DNA from: Octopus bimaculoides
Taxonomy: Eukaryota
Assembly (NCBI RefSeq): GCF_001194135.2
Contig: NC_068991.1
Span: 74,455,985-74,499,996 of the forward strand
Direction of reading: 5' to 3'
Length of the DNA: 44,012 nucleotides
This document shows, piece after piece, positions 34,493 through 42,128 of this stretch (its first letter is position 1; each line of letters opens with the position of its first letter). The notes under the pieces are model-generated. The model was not told the origin of the DNA and did not search any database. It saw nothing but the letters and a program-made list of their open reading frames with translations. The translations under genes and the position numbers were made by a program.

Positions 34493-37349
34493 AACACAAG
34501 ACGTGCTTTTGTCAGCTTCCGTCTACCAAATCCACTCATGAGGCTTTGATCGACCGGAGGATACAATAGAAGACACTCGCTCAAAATGCCACGCAGTGGG
34601 ATTGAACCCGGAACCATGTGGTTGAGAAGCAAACTTCTTACCGACCCGGCCGGAGAAAAGGTACACATACTGCTGTGCCGATGACACCTATTGATGTGGA
34701 ACCAAGTATCCAGGAGCTTTCCTCTTGTCTCCAGACAACCAGACTGTCCCTTCCTTAATGGCATATCATGCTTGGAGAATTAATGCTTCTTGAGATTATC
34801 TCTTGTCTCGACTTGAAGTTGTGTTGATCCTTTTTGCCAACAAGTGATTGTCCTACCTTCTCTGAGAGCTGAGAAAATTACAATAAACCAAGGATCTACC
34901 TTGTATGGTATTTAATATATCCTCATTCATCTTTTTATGCATAAAGAGCAGAGAGACATAAGGTAAATTTACGAGTGTAGACGCATTTAGCCTGGCTACA
35001 GTAAAAAAAAAGATAAAATTACAAGTTTCTTTCTCTCTCCCCCTTCTCTGAGATTAATCTAACTCTATCATTAGTTAAAGCTTCATCATAGATCAGTTAC
35101 TCGTTCCTAGTCATAGAAAGAATATAGTCTATAACTGTTTGTTGTATACATACATTCGGACAGAACTAAATTGGTTTGCTTCATCTGTATAACAATGCAA
35201 ATTTTGGCAACGGGTTTTGATTGTTAACAAAAAACACTTTCATTCATATTTGTAACTATAATAAAGAAATAAATAAAAGCAGATTTTGAACTGGAAGTGT
35301 GGAGAAGGAGGAGGTGGAGGAATTTAATCGGAAATGTTGGTTTCAAATTTTAGCACAAGGCCTGCAGTGTCGGGGAGAAGGTTACGTCGATGACACCAAC
35401 CCCAGTGTTCAACTGATACTTATTTTATCGATCCCGGAAGGATGAAAGGCAAAGTCAACCTCGGCGGAATTTGAACTCAGAACGTAAATACGGACGAAAT
35501 GCCGCTGAGCATTTTGTCCGGCGAGCTAACGAGACCACGAGTAAAATATTGGTTTCAAATTTTGGCGCAAGGCTTGCAATGTCAGGGGAGGGGACTCAGT
35601 CGATTACATCGACCCCCGTGCTCAACTGATACTTAATTTATTGACCCAGAAACGATTAAAGACAAAGTCGACCTTGAAGGTATTTGAGCTCAGTACGTAA
35701 GGCCGGATGAAATGCCGCTAAGCTTTTGGTCCGGCCCGCTAACGATACCAAGAGTCAATATACTAAAACCATGCAAGGTGTCTCATACCTGAAGAACACA
35801 TAGAATGAATACTTTTATACTTCAAACTGAAGGCAGTTGTTGTTGGCACACCGTCGCTTACGACAACGAGGGTTCCAGTTAATCCGATCAACGGAACAGC
35901 CTGCTCGTGAAATTAATGTGCAACTGGCTGAGCACTCCACAGACACGTGTACCCTTAACGTAGTTCTCGGGGATATTCAGCGTGACACAGAGTGTGACAA
36001 GGCTGACCCTTTGAATTACAGGCACAACAGAAACAGGAAGTAAGAGTGAGAGAAAGTTGTGGTGAAAGAGTACAGCAGGGTTCGCCACCATCCCCTGCCG
36101 GAGCCTCGTAGAGATTTAGGTGTTTTCGCTCAATAAACACTCACAACGCCCGGTCTGGGAATCGAAACNNNNNNNNNNNNNNNNNNNNNNNNNNNNNNNN
36201 NNNNNNNNNNNNNNNNNNNNNNNNNNNNNNNNNNNNNNNNNNNNNNNNNNNNTAAAAGGCAGAGAACAAACAGAAGAAAATAAGGAAGAGAAGAATAACT
36301 GCCAAGGCTTAGAAATTCTGACACGAAACAAACTTCCAATCGTTAGAAAGCAAATTATTTCTTTGCAGAGTATGCCTAGTGGCGTAACCAAGTCTTGAGT
36401 TTTCTACCGAATGCACCAACGCAAAAGCGTAGTGTTGCAATTTCAACTTCCATAAACAAGTTGCACTCTGATGTTTTCCACTAAGAGAGCGAATAAAGGA
36501 CAACAAGTCAGGTGCATAAACGAATGTAAGGTGAAACTCAAGCAAGTAAATGTTGCTAGTGATTCAAAACAGAAGACTAATTTGCAAGAAATGCTCGTGT
36601 CTAAATTTGTAACAATGTTGCAAGACTCTGTGTTTAATAAGCATATGTTTAACATCGCTGTAAAAATAAACATCGTTGTTTTGCAACGAAGTTCTCGGCA
36701 ATGAGTCGTATATCAAATGCGCAAATTTCGGCTGTCATTTACGTCTTCGTATTATGATCTACTTACTTTCTCTTAGTTGTTGAGAGAATGAATTCATAAA
36801 ACTATTTCTTTAAACTGTCTAATTATAATTAATGTGCGAATTGTTTCTGTCGTTAGACTGCAGTCTTGTTTGTGTACAATTATTCAGAATAAGATAGAAA
36901 AGATAGGTTTTTTTTTCTTTCTGAAAGCTATTTTTAAACCATCAAAGCTTTTGGAAAGAACAGCGGTCAATCATGGCGTGTGAGTGTACCTCTACACACA
37001 TTCAAACACACACACACACACGCACAAACACACACATGCACGCACAAACACAGAAAGGAGCATGAGGAAATAAACAGCGAGAGAATAAAAAAAGCTTTAG
37101 GGGCCAGCGGTCAATCATGGCACTGTCCCATTTCGAGTTTTACCTCAGACACTAAAGAAAGGTCACTATTTTCTTCATAGCTGTAACCATTGATACAGCT
37201 TAATGTATGATTAGTTCCATCACCAGTCAGGCTAGAGATATGTATTCGACAAGCTTCGTATTGGATATCATGAGTTTCGTTGTTCTCATAACCGTATTGG
37301 TATAACTGTGTGATATTCAGTTCGGCACATTTTGATTTGGGTACAAATC
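139..37349 (-). CDS. SLC22: SLC22-family (MFS, organic cation/anion transporter-like) gene, spliced and 5'-incomplete: join(complement(37144..37349, [TM2-4a exon(s) not found], 22918..23120, 19553..19840, 17837..17971, 16602..16687, 3668..3788, 1528..1600, 139..348))
   Basis: Seven consecutive exons have canonical AG/GT ends and matching phases (0-2, 2-2, 2-2, 2-1, 1-2, 2-0, 0-stop), giving 1116 nt with no internal stop. Family motifs: [16 protein letters not shown] (PESPRWL-like), [27 protein letters not shown]....PMT. The upstream loop exon ends ..SLVSE, as expected before WDLVC. The symbol is family-level only and orthology is not assignable. Linking 37144-37349 to the same gene is inferred. 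Confidence 0.9.
433..811 (-). mobile_element. tRNA-derived SINE, family B (near full length)
   Basis: Reverse complement of the copy at 15760-16148. Head GGAGGCGCAATGGCCCAGTGG (A-box-like) and GGTTTCGATTCCC (B-box-like). Confidence 0.85.
857..1122 (+). mobile_element. 3' fragment of an RLE-type non-LTR retrotransposon (R4/Dong-like), copy 1
   Basis: Encodes ..[35 protein letters not shown], followed by a 3' UTR nearly identical to 23186-23560. Flanked by (AAT)n on both sides. Confidence 0.8.
1123..1209. repeat. (AAT)n microsatellite
   Basis: Directly visible; it produces the spurious poly-I/poly-L ORFs. Confidence 0.95.
1528..1600 (-). CDS. SLC22: SLC22 exon, TM11
   Basis: ttttaattttcag|A AAT ATT GGT...CTA CTT|gtgagt; 73 nt; (R)[24 protein letters not shown]. 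Confidence 0.92.
2340..3300 (-). mobile_element. Decayed mariner (Tc1/mariner, DD34D) transposase
   Basis: [13 protein letters not shown] (WVPHEL-like), RVTIDEVA, and a downstream HDNA-like catalytic segment. Contains stops and frameshifts. Confidence 0.85.
3668..3788 (-). CDS. SLC22: SLC22 exon, TM10 + E-x-Y-P-T motif
   Basis: ttattctttcag|AT GGC...CTG AG|gtaatt; 121 nt; (D)[39 protein letters not shown](R). Confidence 0.93.
3922..4246 (+). mobile_element. SINE family B, with internal deletions
   Basis: Same head and body as 15760-16148. Confidence 0.85.
4881..5091. mobile_element. MITE-like element with ~46-50 bp terminal inverted repeats
   Basis: 4888-4933 ctagtcaggaccagtattgctagaaatgagaaccaaataactcata pairs with 5038-5084 tatgagttgatttgactcttatttctagcaataccggtgctgactag. 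No clear TSD. Confidence 0.65.
5108..5325 (+). mobile_element. tRNA-derived SINE, family A (tail type 1)
   Basis: gcggcgagctggcag head; GTTCAAATTCC B-box-like; core gcctttcatcctttcggggtcgataaa resembles the Nin/Deu SINE central domain (recalled, not searched). Confidence 0.88.
5543..5716 (-). mobile_element. SINE family A (tail type 3)
   Basis: Reverse-complement match to the family A body; inverted relative to 5108-5325. Confidence 0.82.
5756..6045. repeat. Compound microsatellite (GT)n/(ATCT)n/(AT)n/(CA)n
   Basis: Directly visible. Confidence 0.95.
6986..7816. mobile_element. Non-autonomous DNA transposon with ~130-bp imperfect TIRs and an AT-rich non-coding interior
   Basis: 6986-7115 (catggaaaaatgcgag...taatattcttaagat...ttcaggacaacttattacatct..gtaaagtaca..caagaaaat) is the reverse complement of 7700-7816 apart from substitutions and one ~10-nt indel. 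Superfamily not assignable. Confidence 0.75.
8600..8839 (-). mobile_element. Probable RTE-clade LINE 3' end carrying a C2H2 zinc finger
   Basis: [21 protein letters not shown] (C-x2-C-x12-H-x3-H) just before the stop, then a short tail. No good splice acceptor. A C-terminal C2H2 finger is known in RTE ORF2s. Confidence 0.5.
11653..12205 (-). mobile_element. Mariner transposase 3' half with 3' TIR
   Basis: [26 protein letters not shown] (YSPDLAPSDY-like, third catalytic D). TA|tcgggtcatcccataaataatgc TIR-like end at 11651-11680. Confidence 0.88.
12207..12824 (-). mobile_element. Three tandem SINE family A copies (12207-12391, 12457-12593, 12605-12824)
   Basis: Each carries atcgacccc...gatgaaag..aagtcg...ggaatttgaactcagaa; linkers include (AAC)n/(AAT)n. 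Confidence 0.85.
13600..14260 (+). mobile_element. Tx1/L1-like LINE ORF2 C-terminal fragment, split by a SINE
   Basis: [31 protein letters not shown] | [32 protein letters not shown]...FHLKRK...EKRWKKVA reads continuously once the SINE is removed. The clade call is from recalled similarity. Confidence 0.6.
13741..13878 (-). mobile_element. 5'-truncated SINE family A with ~11-bp TSD
   Basis: Flanked by gagtcaataat (13730-13740) and gagtctatgat (13879-13889). Confidence 0.85.
14935..15010 (-). mobile_element. SINE family B head fragment
   Basis: ggctccacga...gaaaccacgatctcatgatcgtg...taaccacta matches the reverse-complemented head. Confidence 0.6.
15365..15630 (-). mobile_element. Mariner transposase C-terminal relic
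   Basis: [39 protein letters not shown]; homologous to 11653-12205. Confidence 0.75.
15760..16148 (+). mobile_element. SINE family B, full length, with a perfect 12-bp TSD
   Basis: AGTATAATTGAA at 15748-15759 and 16149-16160; intact A-box and B-box-like motifs. Confidence 0.92.
16602..16687 (-). CDS. SLC22: SLC22 exon, TM9
   Basis: attttacag|A CTA CAA...GGA G|gtaagg; 86 nt; (R)[28 protein letters not shown](D). Confidence 0.88.
17837..17971 (-). CDS. SLC22: SLC22 exon, TM7-TM8
   Basis: aaatccaag|C TTG ATG...TTC AG|gtaata; 135 nt; (G)[44 protein letters not shown](R). Too short and stop-flanked to appear in the ORF track. Confidence 0.92.
18055..19345 (+). mobile_element. SINE family C (CORE-like head, internal microsatellite) spanning an assembly gap
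   Basis: Head ggcgtggtaagtagcttgc...ccttgggcaagtgtcttc; (CA)n, N-gap and (TA)n; then the 3' body caccaccgcttgacaacc...ctccagcatggccgc. Homologous to 34195-34643 and 39368-39625. Confidence 0.8.
19553..19840 (-). CDS. SLC22: SLC22 exon, large cytoplasmic loop between TM6 and TM7
   Basis: aaactttcag|G TAC CTA GAA...AAT GG|gtaagt; 288 nt; (W)[30 protein letters not shown]...[20 protein letters not shown](G). Confidence 0.93.
20209..21002 (+). mobile_element. Head-to-tail chain of four SINE family A copies (20209-20400, 20425-20535, 20574-20785, 20826-21002)
   Basis: Repeated head, core and gccttgtgc tail; the last three copies are joined by (TTA)n/(TTG)n linkers. Confidence 0.85.
21860..22440 (+). 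mobile_element. Chain of three SINE family A copies (decayed 21860-21990, 22001-22205, 22233-22440)
   Basis: Same motifs; (TTA)n linker at 22204-22226. Confidence 0.83.
22918..23120 (-). CDS. SLC22: SLC22 exon, TM4b-TM6
   Basis: gtcttccctag|GGT CTG...TTT TG|gtaatt; 203 nt; [67 protein letters not shown](W). Confidence 0.92.
23186..23560 (+). mobile_element. 3' fragment of an RLE-type non-LTR retrotransposon (R4/Dong-like), copy 2
   Basis: [71 protein letters not shown]...[14 protein letters not shown] (restriction-like endonuclease C-terminus). (AAT)n on the 5' side and (GAC/GAT)n on the 3' side. Confidence 0.85.
23669..23869. repeat. Long inverted repeat / foldback hairpin
   Basis: 23674-23716 and 23822-23864 form a perfect 43-bp inverted repeat. 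The inner ~44 bp pair with 5 mismatches and a 2-nt indel; 17-nt loop. Confidence 0.92.
24190..24455 (+). mobile_element. Old tRNA-derived SINE (Meta/V-domain-like)
   Basis: gcgcgtggtctagt...ggtttcgattctcgaactggg...cacttcattccacagttg..ctactcagctg...gaaactggg. The family assignment is from memory. Confidence 0.55.
25650..25807 (-). mobile_element. SINE/LINE 3' end with RTE-type tail and (GAT)n repeat
   Basis: The minus strand reads tggcgttaggaagggcatccagctgtagaaac...ccaacccatgctagcatggaaagcggacgttaaacgatgatgatg. Confidence 0.7.
26033..26182 (-). mobile_element. SINE family B 3' fragment
   Basis: gttgatccgatcaacggaacagcctgctcgtg...cagcgtgacacag...ggccctttgaaatacag. Confidence 0.75.
26245..26335 (-). 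mobile_element. tRNA-like SINE head fragment
   Basis: The minus strand reads gcatggcttagtggtagggtatttgg..cgtaaggttgtgagttcgatac. Confidence 0.55.
26761..26990 (-). mobile_element. SINE family A, tail type 2 (full length, low divergence)
   Basis: Near-exact reverse complement of 39707-39937. Confidence 0.9.
29215..29870 (+). mobile_element. Mariner transposase 3' part (internally deleted)
   Basis: [27 protein letters not shown]...HQDNAPVH...FLKHSI-like segment; same family as 40108-40998. Confidence 0.8.
29880..30205. repeat. Degenerate (GT)n/(GTGA)n compound microsatellite
   Basis: Directly visible; it produces the His/Thr-rich ORF 29805-30218. Confidence 0.95.
30361..30483 (+). mobile_element. 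SINE family A, 3'-truncated
   Basis: Head and core present; ends in (GTAT)n. Confidence 0.82.
30945..31128 (-). mobile_element. SINE family A, decayed
   Basis: ttttatcgaccccc..aaga...cggaattt...cagctcgc. Confidence 0.65.
31865..32013. mobile_element. Small MITE-like element with ~39-bp TIRs
   Basis: ttgttgtgtctggggaaaatcgttctattttaatgcctt pairs with aaggcattaaaacagaatgactctccccagacacaacaa (4 mismatches). Confidence 0.7.
32078..32290 (+). mobile_element. Tc1-like transposon 5' end (TIR + transposase start)
   Basis: TA|CAGGGGTTGAACAAAATAATGGAAACACC TIR-like end; ATG ACA AAT CTA TCG GAC ATT CAA AGA GG = [10 protein letters not shown] (Tc1-like N-terminal HTH start). Confidence 0.7.
32612..32863 (-). 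mobile_element. SINE family B running into an N-gap
   Basis: Matches the family B 3' two-thirds, with a (AAC)n tail. Confidence 0.85.
34195..34643 (-). mobile_element. SINE family C with internal (CA)/(TA) and (TTA)n expansions
   Basis: Reverse complement of the 18055-19345 modules. Confidence 0.8.
35337..35748 (-). mobile_element. Two tandem SINE family A copies (35337-35535, 35548-35748)
   Basis: Each runs tttggtttcaaatttt..cacaaggc...gaactcag..acg...gctaacga. Confidence 0.85.
35836..36168 (-). mobile_element. SINE family B running into an N-gap
   Basis: Low-divergence match to 15760-16148. Confidence 0.88.
36961..37121. repeat. 17-bp direct repeat flanking a 127-bp insert
   Basis: CAGCGGTCAATCATGGC at 36961-36977 and 37105-37121. 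Confidence 0.85.
37144..37349 (-). CDS. SLC22: SLC22 exon, large extracellular loop 1
   Basis: cttattttcag|GA TTT GTA...TCT GAG|gtaaaa; 206 nt; (G)[14 protein letters not shown]...EACRI...[23 protein letters not shown]. Three Cys and N-glycosylation sequons (NIT, NET, NHT), as typical for SLC22 loop 1. Confidence 0.85.
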
Positions 37350-39367
37350 CTGAAAATAAGTAAAATATTATGTGTAAGAATATGCATTGATACATGTTGT
37401 GCAGTTAAATGCAGTCTGCGTAATTATATACATAGATTATTAAGAAATAATAAGAGATAATTAAAAAGTAGTAGACATTTAAAAAAATTATAAAAGACTG
37501 AAAATGCATTGTGCATTGCGAGTGTATTTAGAGTGAAAATGTTTTAATAAACAGAATAAAGCTTTAAATATTGAAATCAGATTTATCAAAATAGGAAATA
37601 ATTCTAATTTGGCTTGCATTTGTATGAATCCGTAAATGCTTTGTTTACCGATTTCTAGATCGGAACAGTCTCTGAAAGTTCAGGGAATTCATTACCGAAG
37701 AGACTAACTTAAGTCGAAACACCGTGACTGGTGATTCACCGTCGTTCTGAGCGAGGCTCTATGTCCTTAACACAAAGGTCTCTTTAAGGAGTTTCTCCGA
37801 AACAAACGTAAAATGATATAGCTCATACCGTTCTACGCCTGTATACACATTATATATATATACATATACACACCGGTATTTTAGTCTAAGTTTGATTCAA
37901 ATGCATACTATTAATGTAATGGAATTTTTTTTTCTATTTTAGTGAAAATTGGTACACATTTAATTCAAGTTTGATTGTTTTTAGTTCAAATAAATATTCT
38001 GTATTATTGTAAAAAAAAAAAAAAAAAACTCCTTGGGTTTGACTGTTTGCTCAAACTTTTAGAGTAAAATTGAATACAGTAATAAATGTGGACATGCTTC
38101 CAGTACAAAGGCAATCACTGTGACAACGATATAAAGAACACGATGTCGAAGGAAATTAGATGGAACGGTGTCCAATGTTCTCACATCATGATCATTGCAT
38201 CGTTACTAGAAACAACTTTATCTGGATACCACTTCCATCAAACAAAGAACAGCTGATCAGATAAAAAAATAAAAAGAAGTATATTAAGTATATTCGGCTT
38301 CGCAGAAATCACAAACACGGATACCAATATATGACCTCGATTGACAACGAAAGTGAGGCTGCAAGGAACGAGTGCCACAAAACAGTTATGCCGTATATTG
38401 GGTAAGTGGTGCTATTTAAAATTACGGCGATAATATTAATAATGACGGTGACGTTAATATGACCGTTGAAGTTAACAATAATGATGTTATTGCAGACCGT
38501 ATCAGAACCTTATGTCCTGCAGTATTATATTTCAAAGTATGTTGACTGTGCTCTTATTAGAATTCAGTTACATTTTGTATAAACTGAACAAGAAGTTGAC
38601 AATACATGGGTCACGAAAAGCTTAGGAACTCCGAGAGAACAGTTGAAAGTTACTCTTGAAAAATACAGTCTTTTAGAAAGCCTCTGTTGAATACTAATGT
38701 AGATTAAAAGAAGCAATAAAAATTATGGCCTTTCAATACCCAATGATATAAATGAGTTAAATGATGTTCTACCATTTACATACCCACATTAGAAAATGCG
38801 GAGCTAAATAAACAATGTACTGTGTTTTAGAAAAAAATGTCGCCATCTTTGAAAAGTAAATTAAAACGGTGAATAGATACGCAACCTAGCGAAGTAAGTA
38901 ATATGTCCCAGATGACGGGAAACTCAGCGTGGTGATTTCAAACACTTGAATGCTTAATGGATAAAACATCCATTTTAAATAATTAAGAAGGTTTACGATC
39001 AGAAACCACGCCTCAGACAAGTTGCAAGCCGCCCCATTTGACTCCGCTAACGTGCGGTTTCGTAATCTCTTGGTACTCTTCCACTAATGACAATAACGTA
39101 GATTTTATTTCTGTAAAACAGAAAGGGCGCATGCTCAAATTGTACAGGACAATCGCCCTATTTCATGTTAACAAGATGGTACTGAATGATGTCAAGGTAC
39201 CAAAAAAAACCCAGTCATATGCCTGAATCTACTACAAATAGGTTTTTCGTTGGGTACCACGTGACTGACTTATGAAAAAGGCTTGAATAACATCGAATTG
39301 ATGACATGATAACATTCAGCAAAATTACTATGGAGAATTGGTCGACTGCTATTGCAATCGTTATTAC

Positions 39368-39625
39368 AGGCCGACCCTTGTGTGTGGATTTGGTAGACGG
39401 AAACTGAAAGAAGCCTGTCGTATATGTGCGTGCGTGCGTGCGTGTGTGTGCGCGTGTGTTTGTGTGTGTGTGTGTTTGTCCTCGTAACTTAGCGGTTAGG
39501 CAAAAGACACCGATGGAATAAGTACTTGGCATACAAAGAATATGTCCTGGGGTCGATTTGTTTGACGAGAGGCGGTGCTCTAGCATGGCCGCAGTCAAAT
39601 GATTGAAACAAATAAAAGAATAAAA
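39368..39625 (+). mobile_element. SINE family C, 5'-truncated
   Basis: ttgtgtgtggatttggtagacggaaactgaaagaagcc-(GT)n-cgtaacttagcggtt...gcatggccgcagtcaaatga. Confidence 0.82.
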
Positions 39626-39706
39626 GAATACCGAGAAAGAACAAAAACCGGTTGAGAACAAAACTGAAATAGTATAAAAGCCTCTACACTACTTCTACAT
39701 TATTAA

Positions 39707-39937
39707 AGCGGCGAGCTGGCAGACACGTTAGCACGCCGGGCGAAGTACTTAGCCGTATTTCGTCTGCCGTTACGTTCTGAGTTCAAATTCCGCCGAGGTT
39801 GACTTTGCCTTTCATCCTTTCGGGGTCGATTAAGTAGGTACCAGTTACGTACTGGGGTCGATGTAATCGACTTAATCCCTTTGTCTGTCCTTGTTTATCC
39901 TCTCTATGTTTAGCCCCTTGTGGGCAATAAAGAAATA
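39707..39937 (+). mobile_element. SINE family A, tail type 2, with ~10-bp TSD
   Basis: acattattaa (39697-39706) and acattatcaa (39938-39947). Confidence 0.9.
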
Positions 39938-40107
39938 ACATTATCAATTCATCCACACTGGTGTTTAGAGGGCAGCTGATTTCCGCAATAGAGTATATAT
40001 TTTCTTTGTGATCCTCAACAGCAATATCTGGCCGGTTGAGTTTTAACTTGGTGGCTGTTTTGATTTTTAAGTACCATCAATATTCTTTCGACCTATCGGT
40101 CTCAATA

Positions 40108-40998
40108 TACAAAGTATCTGACCTTTGGCCCAAAAAAGTATCCGACCTTTGACCAAAAAACAAGCAATATTTAAAAGCTCACCATTTTGATTTAGCTTCC
40201 TTCAAAGTATTCGCCTTGGGAGTCTACACACTTCTGCCAGCGTTCCTTCCATGCTGGAAACATTTCTGAAAATCATTTTTTGGGATGCTGTAGAGCTGTA
40301 CCGTCGTATTTTTCTAAATGTCGTCTGTTGACTCAAATATTCTCCCTTCGAGTGTTTTTTGCTTTTGAGCATTGGGAATAGCCAAAAGTCGCATGAAGCC
40401 AAACCTGGGGTGTAGGAAGCTTGACGAACAAATGGTGTGTTTTGCTTGACGAAGAATGCTTGGACGATGTGGGCGGAATGAACTGACTGAACTGACCCCT
40501 GGCTGATTCCAACTTCGGCAACAATCTCCTCAATGGTCACACGACGGTCTTCCTTGAACCTTTGCAATCATTTTGTCTTTTCTGCTAGTTGATGATCTAC
40601 CACAACTTGGTTCACTGTACAATAAGGTGCAGCCATCTTTGAACCGGTTGTACCTCTCCTTTATTTGTGTTTTTCCCAAAGCATCATCTCTGAAGGCCTT
40701 CTAAATCTTCTCGATATTCTGGGTTTGCGTATCACCAAGTTTTTAACAGAATTTGATACAGTGTCTTTGCTCAATGCGCTCGGGCGTCTTGACTCAAAAA
40801 GAAAAATCGCACAACACACTCTTCACGTCTGTACTCAATGCGTCAGTGCGGGCAAATGGCGCAACCTATAGACACGAAACTTTTTGCGCATGCTCAAGAA
40901 GGACGCAGCCACCTAACACCTATGCAGATTTTACTCACGCATTATTATTTTGTGCAGAAAAAAAAATCAAGGTCGGGTACTTGTTGACCACACCTCGT
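40108..40998 (-). mobile_element. Internally deleted mariner element retaining both TIR regions
   Basis: aaagtatccgacctt (40135-40149) pairs with aaggtcgggtacttgttgaccacacctcgt (40969-40998). Translation gives EDRRVTIEEI and YTPGLASCDFWLFP (YSPDLAPCDF-like). Confidence 0.85.
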
Positions 40999-41039
40999 TG
41001 TCATCTATTAGTGTTTTTTTTTGTTTTCTAATTCTGTCC

Positions 41040-41700
41040 CAGATTACTCACCACTGCATCAAGCTTCATGGCGAGATGATATCTAAAAGACATTCTCTCG
41101 CAGATGGTAATAATGTGATTGATGTCTTCAGTTTTAGTTTTTCACCGCCTGCATTTGTTGTCTGTTTATGTTTCCTGCCTTTTATGCAGTAGATACTTGA
41201 TGGGGATCTCATGTTATTGAATTGCGTGTAGGTTGCTTTTGAAGTGGGTTGTCATAAATTTGTCTGCACTCCATACAATCCATTTGACACGACGAACTCT
41301 TATGGTTTCTGCTTTCTTTTCGCACCAAGTACCCACGTAATATTTTCCCAGTGAAATAATTAATTTTTTATTATCTTGTTCCTCTGATAAATAGGTTCTA
41401 CCAATGCTCCTTGGAGAGAAAGCTGTATCAGCTCTTATTTCATGCCTCGCCTAATGTTCATTAACTATCCTAGTTATATTGTTGATTTCAAGGTCATAAA
41501 TTTGGGCAAAGATAGTTACTGGTCTCTTTCCTCTGCTGCAGATGTTGTTTCAGTGTAAGCATATGTGCTTCATATGATATCAATACAAATGCGAAACCAC
41601 AGCCACCATCCTTGTGTGGGAAGCATAATCTGTCCGCATTTCCATTGATGTTGAACTTTGCACATATGTATGCATCTGCGTATATAAGTATGCATGTCAT
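41040..41700 (-). mobile_element. RLE-type LINE internal fragment (RT thumb to CCHC zinc knuckle)
   Basis: NADRLCFPHKDGGCG (RLY.P..GG.G motif) and DNKCRR*KTKTEDINHIITICERMSFRY (decayed C-x2-C-x8-H-x4-C). Confidence 0.72.
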
Positions 41701-42128
41701 TATTCAGTTTATTTCAAGATTTCTTGCCAATAGCGATAGAGCCGGATTCTAACCTAGATCTAAGGTTCCTTCATTGGAACTTCAACATCAATAATAGGGT
41801 ATTTTTGTTTGTATGCATGTATGTATGTATGTGCAGATTTGTATGTTTTATGTATGTATTCTCATGCATATAGTTGCATATCTAGGCGTGCTCATATGTA
41901 TTTAAATGATAAACTTCTGGAACAGATCTTGACAGTTCCAGTGATGGACTGAATCTGTAGTCTTCGAATTAGCTTTCCCCCTTCCTGGTTTTGAGAAGCC
42001 TAATTTCTCAAGATTGGTATTTAGCCAGTATGTTACATGTCCCAGGGTCCCAATAATTACAGGTATAAACCTGAACTTGTAATCTGGATAGATTAACTGC
42101 AGATTTCTCAATAGTTCAGCATAGGTGT
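41700..42128 (-). mobile_element. RLE-type LINE 3' end (endonuclease C-terminus + 3' UTR)
   Basis: TYAELLRNLQLIYPDYKFRFIPVIIGTLGHVT..LNTNLEKLGFSK.. continuing by frameshift into ..RLQIQSITGTVKIC. A different family from 857/23186. Confidence 0.75.

Noticed and set aside
34680-34910. Possible decayed RTE LINE fragment
   Set aside because: Only vague similarity (LREGR...DNLKK) across frameshifts; not supportable without a search.
36380-36482. ctcttag|[27 protein letters not shown] as the missing TM2 exon
   Set aside because: It has a phase-0 Trp and FGRK, but no DLVC, the spacing is ~12 aa too short, there is no hydrophobic helix, and a stop follows.
38783-38845. AG|ATGGCG...TGG|gtatgt mini-exon (MATFFSKTQYIVYLAPHFLMW)
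   Set aside because: It ends in phase 0 whereas the loop-1 exon needs phase 1, and it has no resemblance to SLC22 TM1.
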